Shown here: one piece after another, positions 28,101-42,038 of the stretch | Layout of the letters: the number at the start of each line of letters is the position of its first letter | Numbering within the stretch: position 1 is the first letter of the stretch | Source of the DNA: Nemertoderma westbladi | Taxonomy: Eukaryota > Animalia > Xenacoelomorpha | Length of the DNA: 64,000 bases | Assembly: GCA_032718475.1 (NCBI GenBank) | Contig: JAUCBJ010005321.1 | Location: 50,686-114,685, forward strand | Direction: 5' to 3' | The notes under the pieces: generated by a model | Seen by the model: only the letters and a program-made list of their open reading frames with translations | What the model was told of the DNA's origin: nothing | The model's database searches: none | Program-made: the position numbers and the translations under genes

Positions 28101-31100
28101 AAAGCGGCGTTGGTTGCTGAAACCAGAGACTATTCATAGTGAATCAAAGCGGCGTTGGTTGCTGAAACCAGAGACTATTCATAGTGAATCAAAGCGGCGT
28201 TGGTTGCTGAAACCAGAGACTATTCATAATGAATCAAAGCGGCGTTGGTTGCTGAAACCAGAGACTATTCATAGTGAATCAAAGCGGCGTTGGTTGCTGA
28301 AACCAGAGACTATTCATAGTGAATCAAAGCGGCGTTGGTTGCTGAAACCAGAGACTATTCATAGTGAATCAAAGCGGCGTTGGTTGGTGAAACCAGAGAC
28401 TATTCATAGTGAATCAAAGCGGCGTTGGTTGCTGAAACCAGAGACTATTCATAGTGAATCAAAGCGGCGTTGGTACGTGAAACCAGAGACTATTCATAGT
28501 GAATCAAAGCGGCGTTGGTTGGTGAAACCAGAGACTATTCATAGTGAATCAAAGCGGCGTTGGTTGGTGAAACCAGAGACTATTCATAGTGAATCAAAGC
28601 GGCGTTGGTTGCTGAAACCAGAGACTATTCATAGTGAATCAAAGCGGCGTTGGTTGGTGAAACCAGAGACTATTCATAGTGAATCAAAGCGGCGTTGGTT
28701 GCTGAAACCAGAGACTATTCATAGTGAATCAAAGCGGCGTTGGTTGGTGAAACCAGAGACTATTCATAGTGAATCAAAGCGGCGTTGGTTGGTGAAACCA
28801 GAGACTATTCATAGTGAATCAAAGCGGCGTTGGTTGGTGAAACCAGAGACTATTCATAGTGAATCAAAGCGGCGTTGGTTGGTGAAACCAGAGACTATTC
28901 ATAGTGAATCAAAGCGGCGTTGGTTGGTGAAACCAGAGACTATTCATAATGAATCAAAGCGGCGTTAATTGGTGAAACCAGAGACTATTCATAGTGAATC
29001 AAAGCGGCGTTGGTTGGTGAAACCAGAGACTATTCATAGTGAATCAAAGCGGCGTTGGTTGATGAAACCAGAGACTATTCATAGTGAATCAAAGCGGCGT
29101 TGGTTGGTGAAACCAGAGACTATTCATAGTGAATCAAAGCGGCGTTGGTTGCTGAAACCAGAGACTATTCATAGTGAATCAAAGCGGCGTTGGTTGGTGA
29201 AACCAGAGACTATTCATAGTGAATCAAAGCGGCGTTGGTTGCTGAAACCAGAGACTATTCATAGTGAATCAAAGCGGCGTTGGTACGTGAAACCAGAGAC
29301 TATTCATAGTGAATCAAAGCGGCGTTGGTTGGTGAAACCAGAGACTATTCATAGTGAATCAAAGCGGCGTTGGTTGGTGAAACCAGAGACTATTCATAGT
29401 GAATCAAAGCGGCGTTGGTTGCTGAAACCAGAGACTATTCATAGTGAATCAAAGCGGCGTTGGTTGGTGAAACCAGAGACTTTTCATAGTGAATCAAAGC
29501 GGCGTTGGTTGCTGAAACCAGAGACTATTCATAGTGAATCAAAGCGGCGTTGGTTGGTGAAACCAGAGACTATTCATAGTGAATCAAAGCGGCGTTGGTA
29601 CGTGAAACCAGAGACTATTCATAGTGAATCAAAGCGGCGTTGGTTGATGAAACCAGAGACTATTCATAGTGAATCAAAGCGGCGTTGGTTGGTGAAACCA
29701 GAGACTATTCATAGTGAATCAAAGCGGCGTTGGTTGGTGAAACCAGAGACTATTCATAGTGAATCAAAGCGGCGTTGGTTGGTGAAACCAGAGACTATTC
29801 ATAGTGAATCAAAGCGGCGTTGGTTGCTGAAACCAGAGACTTTTCATAGTGAATCAAAGCGGCGTTGGTTGCTGAAACCAGAGACTATTCATAATGAATC
29901 AAAGCGGCGTTGGTTGGTGAAACCAGAGACTATTCATAGTGAATCAAAGCGGCGTTGGTTGGTGAAACCAGAGACTATTCATAGTGAATCAAAGCGGCGT
30001 TGGTTGCTGAAACCAGAGACTATTCATAGTGAATCAAAGCGGCGTTGGTTGCTGAAACCAGAGACTATTCATAGTGAATCAAAGCGGCGTTGGTTGGTGA
30101 AACCAGAGACTATTCATAGTGAATCAAAGCGGCGTTGGTTGGTGAAACCAGAGACTATTCATAGTGAATCAAAGCGGCGTTGGTTGCTGAAACCAGAGAC
30201 TATTCATAGTGAATCAAAGCGGCGTTGGTACGTGAAACCAGAGACTATTCATAGTGAATCAAAGCGGCGTTGGTTGCTGAAACCAGAGACTATTCATAGT
30301 GAATCAAATCGGCGTTGGTTGGTGAAACCAGAGACTATTCATAATGAATCAAAGCGGCGTTGGTTGCTGAAACCAGAGACTATTCATAGTGAATCAAAGC
30401 GGCGTTGGTTGGTGAAACCAGAGACTTTTCATAGTGAATCAAAGCGGCGTTGGTTGCTGAAACCAGAGACTTTTCATAGTGAATCAAAGCGGCGTTGGTT
30501 GCTGAAACCAGAGACTATTCATAGTGAATCAAAGCGGCGTTGGTACGTGAAACCAGAGACTATTCATAGTGAATCAAAGCGGCGTTGGTTGCTGAAACCA
30601 GAGACTATTCATAGTGAATCAAAGCGGCGTTGGTTGGTGAAACCAGAGACTATTCATAGTGAATCAAAGCGGCGTTGGTTGCTGAAACCAGAGACTTTTC
30701 ATAGTGAATCAAAGCGTCGTTGGTTGGTGAAACCAGAGACTATTCATAGTGAATCAAAGCGGCGTTGGTTGGTGAAACCAGAGACTAATCATAGTGAATC
30801 AAAGCGTCGTTGGTTGGTGAAACCAGAGACTATTCATAGTGAATCAAAGCGGCGTTGGTTGCTGAAACCAGAGACTTTTCATAGTGAATCAAAGCGGCGT
30901 TGGTTGGTGAAACCAGAGACTTTTCATAGTGAATCAAAGCGGCGTTGGTTGCTGAAACCAGAGACTATTCATAATGAATCAAAGCGGCGTTGGTTGGTGA
31001 AACCAGAGACTATTCATAGTGAATCAAAGCGGCGTTGGTTGCTGAAACCAGAGACTATTCATAGTGAATCAAAGCGGCGTTGGTTGGTGAAACCAGAGAC

Positions 31101-34100
31101 TATTCATAGTGAATCAAAGCGGCGTTGGTTGGTGAAACCAGAGACTATTCATAGTGAATCAAAGCGGCGTTGGTTGCTGAAACCAGAGACTATTCTTAGT
31201 GAATCAAAGCGGCGTTGGTTGGTGAAACCAGAGACTATTCATAGTGAATCAAAGCGGCGTTGGTTGGTGAAACCAGAGACTATTCATAGTGAATCAAAGC
31301 GGCGTTGGTTGCTGAAACCAGAGACTATTCATAGTGAATCAAAGCGTCGTTGGTTGGTGAAACCAGAGACTATTCATAGTGAATCAAAGCGGCGTTGGTT
31401 GGTGAAACCAGAGACTATTCATAGTGAATCAAAGCGGCGTTGGTTGGTGAAACCAGAGACTATTCATAGTGAATCAAAGCGGCGTTGGTTGCTGAAACCA
31501 GAGACTATTCATAGTGAATCAAAGCGTCGTTGGTTGGTGAAACCAGAGACTATTCATAGTGAATCAAAGCGGCGTTGGTTGGTGAAACCAGAGACTATTC
31601 ATAGTGAATCAAAGCGGCGTTGGTTGCTGAAACCAGAGACTATTCATAGTGAATCAAAGCGGCGTTGGTTGCTGAAACCAGAGACTATTCATAGTGAATC
31701 AAAGCGGCGTTGGTTGGTGAAACCAGAGACTATTCATAGTGAATCAAAGCAGCGTTGGTTGGTGAAACCAGAGACTATTCATAGTGAATCAAAGCGGCGT
31801 TGGTTGCTGAAACCAGAGACTATTCATAGTGAATCAAAGCGGCGTTGGTTGCTGAAACCAGAGACTATTCTTAGTGAATCAAAGCGGCGTTGGTTGGTGA
31901 AACCAGAGACTATTCATAGTGAATCAAAGCGGCGTTGGTTGCTGAAACCAGATACTATTCATAGTGAATCAAAGCGGCGTTGGTTGCTGAAACCAGAGAC
32001 TATTCATAGTGAATCAAAGCGGCGTTGGTTGGTGAAACCAGAGACTATTCATAGTGAATCAAAGCAGCGTTGGTTGGTGAAACCAGAGACTATTCATAGG
32101 GAATCAAAGCGGCGTTGGTTGCTGAAACCAGAGACTATTCTTAGTGAATCAAAGCGGCGTTGGTTGGTGAAACCAGAGACTATTCATAGTGAATCAAAGC
32201 GGCGTTGGTTGCTGAAACCAGAGACTATTCATAGTGAATCAAAGCGGCGTTGGTTGCTGAAACCAGAGACTATTCATAGTGAATCAAAGCGGCGTTGGTT
32301 GGTGAAACCAGAGACTATTCATAGTGAATCAAAGCAGCGTTGGTTGGTGAAACCAGAGACTATTCATAGGGAATCAAAGCGGCGTTGGTTGGTGAAACCA
32401 GAGACTATTCATAGTGAATCAAAGCAGCGTTGGTTGGTGAAACCAGAGACTATTCATAGTGAATCAAAGCGGCGTTGGTTGCTGAAACCAGAGACTATTC
32501 ATAGTGAATCAAAGCGGCGTTGGTTGCTGAAACCAGAGACTATTCATAGTGAATCAAAGCGGCGTTGGTTGGTGAAACCAGAGACTATTCATAGTGAATC
32601 AAAGCGGCGTTGGTTGGTGAAACCAGAGACTATTCATAGTGAATCAAAGCGGCGTTGGTTGGTGAAACCAGAGACTATTCATAGTGAATCAAAGCAGCGT
32701 TGGTTGGTGAAACCAGAGACTATTCATAGTGAATCAAAGCGGCGTTGGTTGCTGAAACCAGAGACTATTCATAGTGAATCAAAGCAGCGTTGGTTGGTGA
32801 AACCAGAGACTATTCATAGTGAATCAAAGCGGCGTTGGTTGCTGAAACCAGAGACTATTCATAGTGAATCAAAGCGGCGTTGGTTGCTGAAACCAGAGAC
32901 TATTCATAGTGAATCAAAGCAGCGTTGGTTGGTGAAACCAGAGACTATTCATAGTGAATCAAAGCGGCGTTGGTTGCTGAAACCAGAGACTATTCATAGT
33001 GAATCAAAGCGGCGTTGGTTGCTGAAACCAGAGACTATTCATAGTGAATCAAAGCGGCATTGGTTGGTGAAACCAGAGACTATTCATAGTGAATCAAAGC
33101 AGCGTTGGTTGGTGAAACCAGAGACTATTCATAGTGAATCAAAGCGGCGTTGGTTGCTGAAACCAGAGACTATTCATAGTGAATCAAAGCGGCGTTGGTT
33201 GCTGAAACCAGAGACTATTCATAGTGAATCAAAGCGGCGTTGGTTGGTGAAACCAGAGACTATTCATAGTGAATCAAAGCGGCGTTGGTTGGTGAAACCA
33301 GAGACTATTCATAGTGAATCAAAGCGGCGTTGGTACGTGAAACCAGAGACTATTCATAGTGAATCAAAGCGGCGTTGGTTGGTGAAACCAGAGACTATTC
33401 ATAGTGAATCAAAGCGGCGTTAATTGGTGAAACCAGAGACTATTCATAGTGAATCAAAGCGGCGTTGGTACGTGAAACCAGAGACTATTCATAGTGAATC
33501 AAAGCGGCGTTGGTTGGTGAAACCAGAGACTATTCATAGTGAATCAAAGCGGCGTTGGTTGGTGAAACCAGAGACTATTCATAGTGAATCAAAGCGGCGT
33601 TGGTTGGTGAAACCAGAGACTATTCATAGTGAATCAAAGCAGCGTTGGTTGGTGAAACCAGAGACTATTCATAGTGAATCAAAGCGGCGTTGGTTGCAGA
33701 AACCAGAGACTATTCATAGTGAATCAAAGCAGCGTTGGTTGGTGAAACCAGAGACTATTCATAGTGAATCAAAGCGGCGTTAATTGGTGAAACCAGAGAC
33801 TATTCATAGTGAATCAAAGCGGCGTTAATTGGTGAAACCAGAGACTATTCATAGTGAATCAAAGCGGCGTTAATTGGTGAAACCAGAGACTATTCATAGT
33901 GAATCAAAGCGGCGTTGGTTGGTGAAACCAGAGACTATTCATAGTGAATCAAAGCGGCGTTGGTTGGTGAAACCAGAGACTATTCATAGTGAATCAAAGC
34001 GGCGTTGGTTGGTGAAACCAGAGACTATTCATAGTGAATCAAAGCGGCGTTAATTGGTGAAACCAGAGACTATTCATAGTGAATCAAAGCGGCGTTAATT

Positions 34101-37100
34101 GGTGAAACCAGAGACTATTCATAGTGAATCAAAGCGGCGTTGGTTGGTGAAACCAGATACTATTCATAGTGAATCAAAGCGGCGTTGGTTGGTGAAACCA
34201 GAGACTATTCATAGTGAATCAAAGCGGCGTTGGTTGGTGAAACCAGAGACTATTCATAGTGAATCAAAGCGGCGTTGGTTGGTGAAACCAGAGACTATTC
34301 ATAGTGAATCAAAGCGGCGTTAATTGGTGAAACCAGAGACTATTCATAGTGAATCAAAGCGGCGTTGGTTGGTGAAACCAGATACTATTCATAGTGAATC
34401 AAAGCGGCGTTGGTTGGTGAAACCAGAGACTATTCATAGTGAATCAAAGCGGCGTTGGTTGGTGAAACCAGAGACTATTCATAGTGAATCAAAGCGGCGT
34501 TGGTTGGTGAAACCAGAGACTATTCATAGTGAATCAAAGCGGCGTTAATTGGTGAAACCAGAGACTATTCATAGTGAATCAAAGCGGCGTTAATTGGTGA
34601 AACCAGAGACTATTCATAGTGAATCAAAGCGGCGTTAATTGGTGAAACCAGAGACTATTCATAGTGAATCAAAGCGGCGTTAATTGGTGAAACCAGAGAC
34701 TATTCATAGTGAATCAAAGCGGCGTTAATTGGTGAAACCAGAGACTATTCATAGTGAATCAAAGCGGCGTTGGTTGGTGAAACCAGATACTATTCATAGT
34801 GAATCAAAGCGCCGTTGGTTGCTGAAACCAGAGACTATTCATAGTGAATCAAAGCGGCGTTGGTTGCTGAAACCAGAGACTATTCATAGTGAATCAAAGC
34901 GGTGTTAATTGGTGAAACCAGAGACTATTCATAGTGAATCAAAGCGGCGTTGGTTGGTGAAACCAGAGACTATTCATAGTGAATCAAAGCGGCGTTGGTT
35001 GGTGAAACCAGATACTATTCATAGTGAATCAAAGCGCCGTTGGTTGCTGAAACCAGAGACTATTCATAGTGAATCAAAGCGGCGTTGGTTGCAGAAACCA
35101 GAGACTATTCATAGTGAATCAAAGCGGCGTTGGTTGCTGAAACCAGAGACTATTCATAGTGAATCAAAGCGGCGTTGGTTGGTGAAACCAGAGACTATTC
35201 ATAGTGAATCAAAGCGGCGTTGGTTGCTGAAACCAGAGACTATTCATAGTGAATCAAAGCGGTGTTAATTGGTGAAACCAGAGACTATTCATAGTGAATC
35301 AAAGCGGCGTTGGTTGGTGAAACCAGAGACTATTCATAGTGAATCAAAGCGGCGTTGGTTGGTGAAACCAGAGACTATTCATAGTGAATCAAAGCGGCGT
35401 TGGTTGCTGAAACCAGAGACTATTCATAGTGAATCAAAGCGGCGTTGGTTGGTGAAACCAGAGACTATTCATAGTGAATCAAAGCGGCGTTGGTTGGTGA
35501 AACCAGAGACTATTCATAGTGAATCAAAGCGGCGTAGGTTGCTGAAACCAGAGACTTTTCATAGTGAATCAAAGCGGCATTGATTGGTGAAACCCGAGAC
35601 TATTCATAGTGAATCAAAGCGGCGTTGGTTGGTGAAACCAGATACTATTCATAGTGAATCAAAGCGGCGTTGGTTGGTGAAACCAGAGACTATTCATAGT
35701 GAATCAAAGCGGCGTTGGTTGGTGAAACCAGAGACTATTCATAGTGAATCAAAGCGGCGTTGGTTGGTGAAACCAGAGACTATTCATAGTGAATCAAAGC
35801 GGCGTTGGTTTGTGAAACTAGAGACTTTTCATAGTGAATCAAAGCGGCGTTGGTTGGTGAAACCAGAGACTATTCATAGTGAATCAAAGCGGCGTTGATT
35901 GGTGAAACCAGATACTATTCATAGTGAATCAAAGCGGCGTTGGTTGGTGAAACCAGAGACTATTCATAGTGAATCAAAGCGGCGTTGGTTGGTGAAACCA
36001 GAGACTATTCATAGTGAATCAAAGCGGCGTTGGTTGGTGAAACCAGAGACTATTCATAGTGAATCAAAGCGGCGTTGGTTGGTGAAACTAGAGACTTTTC
36101 ATAGTGAATCAAAGCGGCGTTGGTTGCAGAAACCAGAGACTATTCATAGTGAATCAAAGCGGCGTAGGTTGGTGAAACCAGAGACTATTCATAGTGAATC
36201 AAAGCGGCGTTGGTTGGTGAAACTAGAGACTTTTCATAGTGAATCAAAGCGGCGTTGGTTGGTGAAACCAGAGACTATTCATAGTGAATCAAAGCGGCGT
36301 TGATTGGTGAAACCAGATACTATTCATAGTGAATCAAAGCGGCGTTGGTTGGTGAAACCAGAGACTATTCATAGTGAATCAAAGCGGCGTTGGTTGCTGA
36401 AACCAGAGACTATTCATAGTGAATCAAAGCGGCGTTGGTTGGTGAAACCAGAGACTATTCATAGTGAATCAAAGCGGCGTAGGTTGGTGAAACCAGAGAC
36501 TATTCATAGTGAATCAAAGCGGCGTTGGTTGGGAAACCAGAGACTATTCATAGTGAATCAAAGCGGCGTTGGTACGTGAAACCAGAGACTATTCATAGTG
36601 AATCAAAGCGGCGTTGGTTGGTGAAACCAGAGACTATTCATAGTGAATCAAAGCGGCGTTGGTTGGTGAAACCAGAGACTATTCATAGTGAATCAAAGCG
36701 GCGTAGGTTGGTGAAACCAGAGACTATTCATAGTGAATCAAAGCGGCGTTGGTTGGTGAAACTAGAGACTTTTCATAGTGAATCAAAGCGGCGTTGGTTG
36801 GTGAAACCAGAGACTATTCATAGTGAATCAAAGCGGCGTTGATTGGTGAAACCAGATACTATTCATAGTGAATCAAAGCGGCGTTGGTTGGTGAAACCAG
36901 AGACTATTCATAGTGAATCAAAGCGGCGTTGGTTGCTGAAACCAGAGACTATTCATAGTGAATCAAAGCGGCGTTGGTTGGTGAAACCAGAGACTATTCA
37001 TAGTGAATCAAAGCGGCGTAGGTTGGTGAAACCAGAGACTATTCATAGTGAATCAAAGCGGCGTTGGTTGGGAAACCAGAGACTATTCATAGTGAATCAA

Positions 37101-40100
37101 AGCGGCGTTGGTACGTGAAACCAGAGACTATTCATAGTGAATCAAAGCGGCGTTGGTTGGTGAAACTAGAGACTTTTCATAGTGAATCAAAGCGGCGTTG
37201 GTTGGTGAAACCAGAGACTATTCATAGTGAATCAAAGCGGCGTTGGTTGGTGAAACTAGAGACTTTTCATAGTGAATCAAAGCGGCGTTGGTTGGTGAAA
37301 CCAGAGACTATTCATAGTGAATCAAAGCGGCGTTGGTTGGTGAAACCAGAGACTATTCATAGTGAATCAAAGCGGCGTAGGTTGGTGAAACCAGAGACTA
37401 TTCATAGTGAATCAAAGCGGCGTTGGTACGTGAAACCAGAGACTATTCATAGTGAATCAAAGCGGCGTTGGTTGGTGAAACTAGAGACTTTTCATAGTGA
37501 ATCAAAGCGCCGTTGGTACGTGAAACCAGAGACTATTCATAGTGAATCAAAGCGGCGTTGGTTGGTGAAACTAGAGACTTTTCATAGTGAATCAAAGCGC
37601 CGTTGGTACGTGAAACCAGAGACTATTCATAGTGAATCAAAGCGGCGTTGGTTGGTGAAACTAGAGACTTTTCATAGTGAATCAAAGCGCCGTTGGTACG
37701 TGAAACCAGAGACTATTCATAGTGAATCAAAGCGGCGTTGGTTGGTGAAACCAGAGACTATTCATAGTGAATCAAAGCGGCGTAGGTTGGTGAAACCAGA
37801 GACTATTCATAGTGAATCAAAGCGGCGTTGGTTGGTGAAACCCGAGACTATTCATAGTGAATCAAAGCGGCGTTGGTTGGTGAAACCAGATACTATTCAT
37901 AGTGAATCAAAGCGGCGTTGGTTGGTGAAACCAGAGACTATTCATAGTGAATCAAAGCGGCGTTGGTTGGTGAAACCAGAGACTATTCATAGTGAATCAA
38001 AGCGGCGTTGGTTGCTGAAACCAGAGACTATTCATAGTGAATCAAAGCGGCGTTGGTTGCTGAAACCAGAGACTATTCATAGTGAATCAAAGCGGCGTTG
38101 GTTGGTGAAACTAGAGACTTTTCATAGTGAATCAAAGCGGCGTTGGTTGGTGAAACCAGAGACTATTCATAGTGAATCAAAGCGGCGTTGGTTGCTGAAA
38201 CCAGAGACTATTCATAGTGAATCAAAGCGGCGTTGGTTGGTGAAACCAGAGACTTTTCATAGTGAATCAAAGCGGCGTTGGTACGTGAAACCAGAGACTA
38301 TTCATAGTGAATCAAAGCGCCGTTGGTACGTGAAACCAGAGACTATTCATAGTGAATCAAAGAGGCGTTGGTTGGTGAAACCAGAGACTATTCATAGTGA
38401 ATCAAAGCGGCGTTGGTTGGTGAAACCAGAGACTATTCATAGTGAATCAAAGCGGCGTTGGTTGGTGAAACCAGAGACTATTCATAGTGAATCAAAGCGG
38501 CGTTGGTTGGTGAAACCAGAGACTATTCATAGTGAATCAAAGCGGCGTTGGTTGCTGAAACCAGAGACTATTCATAGTGAATCAAAGCGGCGTTGGTTGG
38601 TGAAACCAGAGACTATTCATAGTGAATCAAAGCGGCGTTGGTTGGTGAAACCAGAGACTATTCATAGTGAATCAAAGCGGCGTTGGTTGCTGAAACCAGA
38701 GACTATTCATAGTGAATCAAAGCGGCGTTGGTTGGTGAAACCAGAGACTATTCATAGTGAATCAAAGCGGCGTTGGTTGGTGAAACCAGAGACTATTCAT
38801 AGTGAATCAAAGCGGCGTTGGTTGCTGAAACCAGAGACTATTCATAGTGAATCAAAGCGGCGTTGGTTGCTGAAACCAGAGACTATTCATAGTGAATCAA
38901 AGCGGCGTTGGTTGGTGAAACCAGAGACTTTTCATAGTGAATCAAAGCGGCGTTGGTACGTGAAACCAGAGACTATTCATAGTGAATCAAAGCGCCGTTG
39001 GTACGTGAAACCAGAGACTATTCATAGTGAATCAAAGAGGCGTTGGTTGGTGAAACCAGAGACTATTCATAGTGAATCAAAGCGGCGTTGGTTGGTGAAA
39101 CCAGAGACTATTCATAGTGAATCAAAGCGGCGTTGGTTGGTGAAACCAGAGACTATTCATAGTGAATCAAAGCGGCGTTGGTTGGTGAAACCAGAGACTA
39201 TTCATAGTGAATCAAAGCGGCGTTGGTTGCTGAAACCAGAGACTATTCATAGTGAATCAAAGCGGCGTTGGTTGGTGAAACCAGAGACTATTCATAGTGA
39301 ATCAAAGCGGCGTTGGTTGGTGAAACCAGAGACTATTCATAGTGAATCAAAGCGGCGTTGGTTGCTGAAACCAGAGACTATTCATAGTGAATCAAAGCGG
39401 CGTTGGTTGGTGAAACCAGAGACTATTCATAGTGAATCAAAGCGGCGTTGGTTGGTGAAACCAGAGACTATTCATAGTGAATCAAAGCGGCGTTGGTTGC
39501 TGAAACCAGAGACTATTCATAGTGAATCAAAGCGGCGTTGGTTGGTGAAACCAGAGACTATTCATAGTGAATCAAAGCGGCGTTGGTTGGTGAAACCAGA
39601 GACTATTCATAGTGAATCAAAGCGGCGTTGGTTGGTGAAACCAGAGACTATTCATAGTGAATCAAAGCGGCGTTGGTTGCTGAAACCAGAGACTATTCAT
39701 AGTGAATCAAAGCGGCGTTGGTTGGTGAAACCAGAGACTATTCATAGTGAATCAAAGCGGCGTTGGTTGGTGAAACCAGAGACTATTCATAGTGAATCAA
39801 AGCGGCGTTGGTTGCTGAAACCAGAGACTTTTCATAGTGAATCAAAGCGGCGTTGGTACGTGAAACCAGAGACTATTCATAGTGAATCAAAGCGCCGTTG
39901 GTACGTGAAACCAGAGACTATTCATAGTGAATCAAAGAGGCGTTGGTTGGTGAAACCAGAGACTATTCATAGTGAATCAAAGCGGCGTTGGTTGGTGAAA
40001 CCAGAGACTATTCATAGTGAATCAAAGCGGCGTTGGTTGGTGAAACCAGAGACTATTCATAGTGAATCAAAGCGGCGTTGGTTGGTGAAACCAGAGACTT

Positions 40101-40108
40101 TTCATAGT
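7126..40108. repeat. 45-bp tandem satellite, ~733 monomers
   Basis: Unit GAATCAAAGCGGCGTTGGTTG(G/C)TGAAACCAGAGACTATTCATAGT, head-to-tail with no spacers. The length of 32983 bp equals 733x45 minus two 1-bp deletions (~36532 and ~37071). Confidence 0.99.
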
Positions 40109-40344
40109 GTATAGATTTTCATTCTTGCCGTACTCCTCTACCAAGTTTTCATTCACGATATCTGCTTGATTCCGCATTGCGGCTACAAACAACTACCGGT
40201 ACCGATAATAACTATCAATTTACCAATAGGCAGTAGGAATTGAACTAAAAAGGTTGGTGCGTTTTTATAAGATTTGCTCCAGAGTCAATTCTGAGTGCGT
40301 CGATACACTCAGCTCAGTGCATTAAAGTGAGAGCTGAGTGTACA

Positions 40345-40420
40345 CGCACTTAGCTTGGTGCGAAACACCAAGCTTGGTGTGTTGACGCACCAAGCTGGGT
40401 GCGTTAATCCGAACCGGGCT
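40345..40420 (-). repeat. Right arm of the imperfect inverted repeat, with subterminal AGCTTGGTG/CACCAAGCT motifs
   Basis: Reverse-complement match to 6767-6800, several CACCAAGCT motifs in both orientations, flanked by TTA at 40421-40423. Confidence 0.6.
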
Positions 40421-41899
40421 TTACCAATTGCTTTACACGGAATGACAAACAAACATAAGATTGAGTTTCAGTCACAAGCGAATCCAACCAAACTATGCCC
40501 CCTACTGGCCCCCCAGAGATGTATTGCTGAGTTACGAATGTGGTTTATTTTTAACAAACTTAACATAAACGATGATAAAACCTAGTCCTCATGTAAGTAT
40601 TAAATATTCTTTCTATATTACTCCAAGTCTCAAAAAATTGCATTGAATACCATTGCAGAAACGAATTGAGTTTAAATTCCTTATCCTTGTCCGGAAGTCG
40701 TCCGAAACTCGTCGAACCTTGTCAGAAATTCCACCTTAGGTAACGGACCACATTCCATATCTGATATACATCAACGTGTTAAAAAAAATTAAATAATTTA
40801 AAAATTGAACTTTAGTTCAAAGCCGGAATTTTCGATTTTGCCTTTAAATTGTTTTTATAAGTGTTTTAAAACTGTGTCTTTTGCAATATTTCGTGTGTTA
40901 CAGTATATTAAACCAAGATCCTGAAAGTGTCACAAATCACAATCATATTGAGTGAAATCTGAAACACAACTAGTTCAACTCACCCTGACTCCATAGAGCC
41001 GGAATAGGTGGAATCCACCGGGTGGGTACCGCTCCGATGTTTAACTGGTATCATTTTGCTCTGTGAAATTGTCCTAGTTTGTATGTTACCGTACACATAC
41101 AGTATTTATCCGTTTGGTGTTGGGGATTACTTCAAAATGTAATGAAAAAACATGATTATAATTATATTGTGGGTGGGTCCCACCCTATGGTCTAAGTCGC
41201 ATACCTCGTCACTCCCACCGCAACAAAAGTAACATTCAACTTATTTACTTTAATTAAGGCGAATTATATGACTGTAATGATTTCAGTACAGTTTGCGTTG
41301 CGGCGGCGTTGCATAATCTTCAATGTGAATTACTGTATCTTATTTTACAAGAAAATTTTATGTTAATTTCTATGATCCCTATTATACTGTAGGCGGGTCT
41401 TGGCCACTGTGTTTGGTTTATTTTATTTATAATCCAACTAAAAATAAAACAATCCGAATTCTTTATATGGGGAAGAAGATGAGCGTACTGAGAGGAATGA
41501 ATGGTTATATTTTGCGCCAATTGCAGTTACGCCATCTGCTAAATCATCACAAAATGACGTCATTTCGCATTTCTTTAGTGAAGTAATTCAGTACAGCCTT
41601 GGGTTATTGGGTGTTGAGCAGTTGTGATCCATTGGATTGACGCACAACAGATTGTTGGTGAATAACTACAAATAATATACTTCAACTAACTAACAGAATA
41701 TCAAATCAATTTCAATAATTATTTATTTTCAATATCAATAAAAGTTGATAAAAGAACCTTAATTACAGTTACTATTCACTGTAGTTCTGTAGTAGTAGCA
41801 GTAGCTTGTTGTAGTTGTACTTGTAGTAGTTTAGTAAACTACCATTTTTGTATTAACATGTTAATACAAACATTCGGGCCTTCAATCTATGGTTGGTTG

Positions 41900-42038
41900 T
41901 AGGTTCAGCCCCGCCAGGGTCCACTCAGCCTTTCATCCAATGGGGTCGATAAATTGAGTACCAGTTAAAATACTGTGAGCCAAACAAGGGATATTAGTAG
42001 CGCCCACGCCTACCCTCGGGTAGCAGATAGGAGTAGCG
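41900..42038 (+). mobile_element. SINE-like element whose 36-bp tandem tail is interrupted by LTR element A
   Basis: GTCCACTCAGCCTTTCATCC..GGGGTCGATAAATTGAGTACCAG followed by TAGCGCCCACGCCTACCCTCGGGTAGCAGATAGGAG. The tandem continues at 53756-53843. Confidence 0.6.

Noticed and set aside
7126-40108. CRISPR array
   Set aside because: No unique spacers and no cas genes, in a eukaryotic transposon context.
7144-40114. Giant 7274-aa and other KPETIHSESKRRWL(V/L) ORFs
   Set aside because: The 45-bp unit is a multiple of 3 with one stop-free frame. There is no ATG start and no unique domain, and stop and frameshift variants have spread freely through the right part of the array.
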